Assembly: GCA_964576115.1 (NCBI GenBank)
Contig: CAZNUA010000043.1
Coordinates: forward strand, 1-29,984
Length of the DNA: 29,984 bases
Origin: an uncultured Gemmatimonadota bacterium
Lineage (GTDB): Bacteria > Blakebacterota > Blakebacteria > Blakebacterales > Blakebacteraceae
Direction of reading: 5' to 3'
Below are positions 27,070-29,984 of the stretch, one piece after another (position 1 is the stretch's first letter; every line of letters begins with the position of its first letter). A program made the position numbers and the translations under genes. Under the pieces are notes generated by a model. The model had not been told where the DNA came from, ran no database searches, and was given only the letters and a program-made list of their open reading frames with translations.

Positions 27070-28049
27070 TCCCGCAACCCCCGCCCCGTCAGCGCAATGA
27101 AGACGTCCTCGAGGGTCTTACGCCGCACGATCACCTCGCCGGGGATCAGACCCCGGGCCTGGAGCCGGTCGAGCAGGTCGGGCAGAACCCGGTGGACCTC
27201 GTGCCCCACCAGACGCAGTCGGCCGATGTGGGCCTCGAGCCCGGGGAAGGTCGGCTCGAGCTCGCGGCTTACCGCCCCGGCGTCATCGGCGCTCACCCCG
27301 GGCAATTCGATCTCGAGCAGGTCCCCTTCGCCGATGGTGTCCTTGAGCCGCTGCGGGGTGTCGAGCACGAGCAGGCGGCCGTGATCGATGATGGCGATCC
27401 GGTCGGCCAGACGGTCGGCTTCGTCCATGTCGTGGGTGGTCAGGATGACGGTCATCCCGCCCGCCAGGCCGCGCACGTACTCCCTGACCAGAACCCGGCT
27501 CTGGGGATCGAGCCCGGCCTGGGGTTCGTCGAGGACGAGAATCTCGGGAGAGTGCATCAGGGCCAGAGCGATGTTCAGCCGGCGCATCATACCGCCCGAG
27601 AGAGTTCCGGCCAGACGGTCGCTTTTTGCTTCCAGGCCGAGAATAGCGAGCAGTTCGGCCGCCCGGTCCCGGGCAGCCCGGGGGGCGAGGCCGTACATGT
27701 GGCCGGTAAACCGGCACTGTTCGGCGCAGGTGAGGTTCTCCCAGACGGAGATCTCCTGCGGGCAGAGCCCCAGGCGACGGCGCTCCTGTCCCGCCCGGGC
27801 CGTCAGGGAACGGCCGTTGAAACTGATCGTACCCGCGTCGGGTTCGAGCAGACCGCAGATCATGCTGATGGTGGTGGTCTTGCCCGCCCCGTTCGGTCCC
27901 AGGAAACCGAAAATTTCGCCGTGGCGGATCTCGAGGCTGAGATCATCGACGGCCACGATATCCCCGTAGGAACGGGCGAGCCCATCGAGTCTGAGAACGA
28001 TATCCTGCTCGCGGTCGGTCACCGGCGGTCTCCGGATCCGGGGCAGCAT
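27066..28049 (-). CDS. ABC transporter ATP-binding protein
   Basis: 327 aa. Walker A GPNGAGKTTT, signature LSGGMMRRLNIALAL, Walker B ILVLDEPQAGLD, H-loop TTHDMDEA. Confidence 0.9.
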   Translation of the reverse strand: MLPRIRRPPVTDREQDIVLRLDGLARSYGDIVAVDDLSLEIRHGEIFGFLGPNGAGKTTTISMICGLLEPDAGTISFNGRSLTARAGQERRRLGLCPQEISVWENLTCAEQCRFTGHMYGLAPRAARDRAAELLAILGLEAKSDRLAGTLSGGMMRRLNIALALMHSPEILVLDEPQAGLDPQSRVLVREYVRGLAGGMTVILTTHDMDEADRLADRIAIIDHGRLLVLDTPQRLKDTIGEGDLLEIELPGVSADDAGAVSRELEPTFPGLEAHIGRLRLVGHEVHRVLPDLLDRLQARGLIPGEVIVRRKTLEDVFIALTGRGLRE

Positions 28050-28251
28050 CCGTCATACAACCCCTGTCCTGCCCCTGGTGCCTGTCAGAGGGTGGGTACG
28101 GCATCACTCTCGGTACAGACGTTTGTCACCTGACATGACACTAGCAGGTACGGCGCGCGACGTCGCCTTCTTCACTGCCGGGTTCGATCACGCCCGTTCG
28201 GGTTCGAATCGCAGCGCTGTCCGCTCGCCACACCCAGTTCCCCGAATCACC

Positions 28252-29136
28252 TCAGAGTGAGTCCAGGAAAGCCCTCACCGTCTCCAGGTATTCGTCCCGG
28301 TAGATCTGCGGGGCAAGGTGACCGTATCCGGTCGGCAGGAGCGCCAGTTCGGAATCGGGCAGCGAAGCGGCCAGATCCCGGGAATCGGCATGAGAGGGAT
28401 CGTCCTCGCTCGAGACGATCAAGATCCGGCCGGGCCAGGTTGCGAACTCATCGGGGCGGTAGGCCCCGGCGGTATTGAATCCCCAGACCAGATCCAGCAG
28501 GCGGCCGATCCGCTCGCGGGTGAAACAGGTTGTCAGCCTGGCCGCCATCAGGGCGGCCGCAAAGCGCCGCCGGTCGAGCATGTCGGGGGGGATCTCCCGT
28601 TCGGTGCGTGAGAGCCGACCCAGCTTGCGTTTCATCAACGGCCGTACGAGCCCGAAGGGAATCCAGCGCAGCAGCAGACGGGCCCAGGGCCGGCACCGCT
28701 CGACCCGCGGGACCAGAGTGTTGGTCAGGACCGCGGCCTCGACCCTTTCGGCGCGGCGGCGCAAATACAGCTGGGCGAGGATGCCAGCCAGGGATTGGCC
28801 CATGAGAGTCACCCGGCCGATCCCGGCCTGGTCGAGAACCCGGTCGGTCCCCCGGCAGAGGCTCTCGGGATCGCGGAAGGGCGTGATGTCCACGACGACC
28901 ATTCGGCTGGCTGCCTCGAAGCCCAGAATGGTCTCATAGAGTATTTCGATTCCGCCCCATCCTCCGGCGAAGGTGAGCAGGCACCGCTCCCCTTCACCGC
29001 AGACGCAGTACGGGATCTCCAGGCTATCGACCGCGAGTACCCGTTCGTCATGACCGGCCAGGAAATCCTGGAAACGGGCCAATTCTTCAGGCCAGGCCTC
29101 AAAGAGGGTTTCGGGCAGATCGGGCCGCTGAATCAT
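28252..29136 (-). CDS. Alpha/beta-fold hydrolase
   Basis: 294 aa. Nucleophile elbow LMGQSLAG, acid SSEDD, His GYGHLAP. The start overlaps the TetR stop (ATGA). Confidence 0.75.
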   Translation of the reverse strand: MIQRPDLPETLFEAWPEELARFQDFLAGHDERVLAVDSLEIPYCVCGEGERCLLTFAGGWGGIEILYETILGFEAASRMVVVDITPFRDPESLCRGTDRVLDQAGIGRVTLMGQSLAGILAQLYLRRRAERVEAAVLTNTLVPRVERCRPWARLLLRWIPFGLVRPLMKRKLGRLSRTEREIPPDMLDRRRFAAALMAARLTTCFTRERIGRLLDLVWGFNTAGAYRPDEFATWPGRILIVSSEDDPSHADSRDLAASLPDSELALLPTGYGHLAPQIYRDEYLETVRAFLDSL

Positions 29137-29819
29137 CCGGCCCCTCCTTTCTCAACCGGTGCCGGGGAGACGAACCCGCGACGCAGGATATCGGCCAGCG
29201 CCTCGAGTTCGCTACGCAGAGTATCGACGGGGAGCGGAAAGAGCGGCCGTCCGGCCCGGACGTTGGCCTCGAAATCGAGGTCGTATGTCAGCTCCAGGAA
29301 GTCGAGGAAGCCGCTCTGGACCTGCAGCAGCACATATACCAGCTGTCCGGCGTCGACATCGTCCCTGATCGTCCCCTGCTCCTGTTGCTCGCGCAGGTGC
29401 CGGCCCAGAACCTCAAGGCCCCGCTTCAGGGTCTGCCGGGGCACGTCCCCCAGAACCACGTTGTCCGTCTCGTGGGTGATCCGGTACCCGAAGTAGCTCA
29501 GCAGGGGATAAGCATTGTCCTGCTCGACACAGGCCAGGAAGAACTCGACCCAGGTCTGGAGCAGATCGTCGGTTTCCCCGGCGAAGAACCGGTCGAAGAT
29601 ATTCAGGGTATACCCGGTGGTATATTCAATCAGGTATTCGTACAGTTCCCGCTTCGAGGCGAAGTAGCGGTAGAAACTCCCCTTGGCCAGACCGAGGGTC
29701 TCGATGATCCTGGTCAGGGAGGCATCCCGGTAATCGTGCCGGACGAATTCGTCCAGGCAGGTGTCGATGATCTCCCGCTGCCTCTGCGGACTCAGATTCA
29801 GGAACGTCTGCTGCGGCAT
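29133..29819 (-). CDS. TetR/AcrR-family transcriptional regulator
   Basis: The ORF-track start (29870) is a TTG lying inside the operator palindromes. The ATG at about 29819 (MPQQTFLNLSPQRQREIIDTCLDEF…) has a GAGG SD 6 nt upstream. HTH DASLTRIIETLGLAKGSFYRYFASKRELY. Confidence 0.85.
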   Translation of the reverse strand: MPQQTFLNLSPQRQREIIDTCLDEFVRHDYRDASLTRIIETLGLAKGSFYRYFASKRELYEYLIEYTTGYTLNIFDRFFAGETDDLLQTWVEFFLACVEQDNAYPLLSYFGYRITHETDNVVLGDVPRQTLKRGLEVLGRHLREQQEQGTIRDDVDAGQLVYVLLQVQSGFLDFLELTYDLDFEANVRAGRPLFPLPVDTLRSELEALADILRRGFVSPAPVEKGGAG

Positions 29820-29861
29820 GGCGGCCTCGCTCGAACCGGAAAGATGAATGAGGTTCGGTGT

Positions 29862-29891
29862 GCGACTCAAGAGTCGCGACTCATGAGTCGC
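29862..29891. promoter_or_regulatory. Two overlapping 16-bp palindromes GCGACTCAAGAGTCGC and GCGACTCATGAGTCGC (TetR-type operators) at about +1 to +30 of the TetR promoter
   Basis: The second palindrome is perfect. The first is perfect except for the central AA/TT. They share a GC and lie 14 bp centre to centre, immediately downstream of the -10 element. Confidence 0.55.
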
Positions 29892-29897
29892 TTCATG

Positions 29898-29926
29898 TTG
29901 ATACGCCCCTCACCCGCCACTGTCAA
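29898..29926 (-). promoter_or_regulatory. Candidate sigma70-type promoter of the TetR operon: TTGACA-17-TATCAA (minus strand)
   Basis: The minus strand reads attgacagtggcgggtgaggggcgtatcaacatgaagcgactcatgagtcgc. The operators start about 7 nt after the -10. Confidence 0.4.
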
Positions 29927-29930
29927 TCAT

Positions 29931-29984
29931 CTATTCCTCATCCTCCTTCTCTTCCTTCTCCTCCTTTTCCTCCTACTTACTATT
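29931..29984. repeat. About 55-nt uninterrupted polypyrimidine (CT-rich) tract on the plus strand; polypurine GGAGG/GAAGG repeats on the minus strand
   Basis: ctattcctcatcctccttctcttccttctcctccttttcctcctacttactatt is all C/T apart from 3 A. Highly atypical in a 68 % GC genome. It lies directly upstream of the TetR promoter's -35 and runs to the window edge. Confidence 0.6.

Noticed and set aside
28190-28225. GGTTCGAATC (T-loop-like) motif suggesting a tRNA
   Set aside because: The flanking sequence cannot form a T-stem or acceptor stem on either strand. No tRNA.
29820-29870. TTG-initiated 17-codon N-terminal extension of the TetR ORF
   Set aside because: The extension overlaps the operator palindromes and lacks an SD. 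The ATG at about 29819 has a GAGG SD and gives a normal TetR N-terminus.

Overview
High-GC (~68%) bacterial chromosomal window with about 24 protein-coding genes and no rRNA, tRNA, CRISPR, transposase or integrase. The gene content looks like an Acidobacteriota/Gemmatimonadota-type accessory region: two large orphan MacB/FtsX-like 'ADOP' permeases, many secreted hydrolases, and several one-component regulators. Most genes lie on the minus strand. The high GC creates long antisense shadow ORFs, which I did not call.

Gene order (left to right in window coordinates):
- Minus strand, 150 to 8375: putative esterase; PpiC-type PPIase lipoprotein; polytopic membrane LuxR-type regulator; HemL-like class III aminotransferase; saccharopine-dehydrogenase-like oxidoreductase; ECF sigma factor; multi-TM SPFH/band-7 protein; short YtrA-like GntR regulator. 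The last three are translationally coupled (TGATG and ATGA overlaps) and sit behind an AT-rich palindromic operator.
- 8376 to 8861: a gene-less 486-nt gap holding a relic 3' fragment of an FtsX-permease gene and an 18-bp tandem direct repeat.
- Plus strand: prolyl-iminopeptidase-like alpha/beta hydrolase lipoprotein; glycine-zipper secreted protein; an S9 peptidase that looks disrupted (frameshift and most of the propeller missing).
- Minus strand: ADOP permease 1 (N-terminal prefix domain, strong internal RBS/ATG); GH97 alpha-glucosidase and PhzF-like isomerase (coupled by a TGATG overlap); VOC/glyoxalase protein; ADOP permease 2 with a near-consensus sigma70-type promoter.
- Plus strand: beta-lactamase-family serine hydrolase.
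- Minus strand: degenerate receiver-like protein.
- Plus strand: PadR regulator with an ATACCT-N9-AGGTAT operator over its promoter; a 571-aa group-II cysteine-desulfurase-like class V PLP enzyme.
- Minus strand: TetR - alpha/beta hydrolase - ABC ATPase - ABC-2 permease module. The TetR promoter carries two overlapping 16-bp palindromes (GCGACTCAAGAGTCGC and GCGACTCATGAGTCGC) just downstream of a TTGACA-17-TATCAA promoter. The window ends in a ~55-nt pure polypyrimidine tract.

Caveat: the ORF-track coordinates are reliable. Coordinates for small motifs that I counted by hand may be off by a nucleotide or two.
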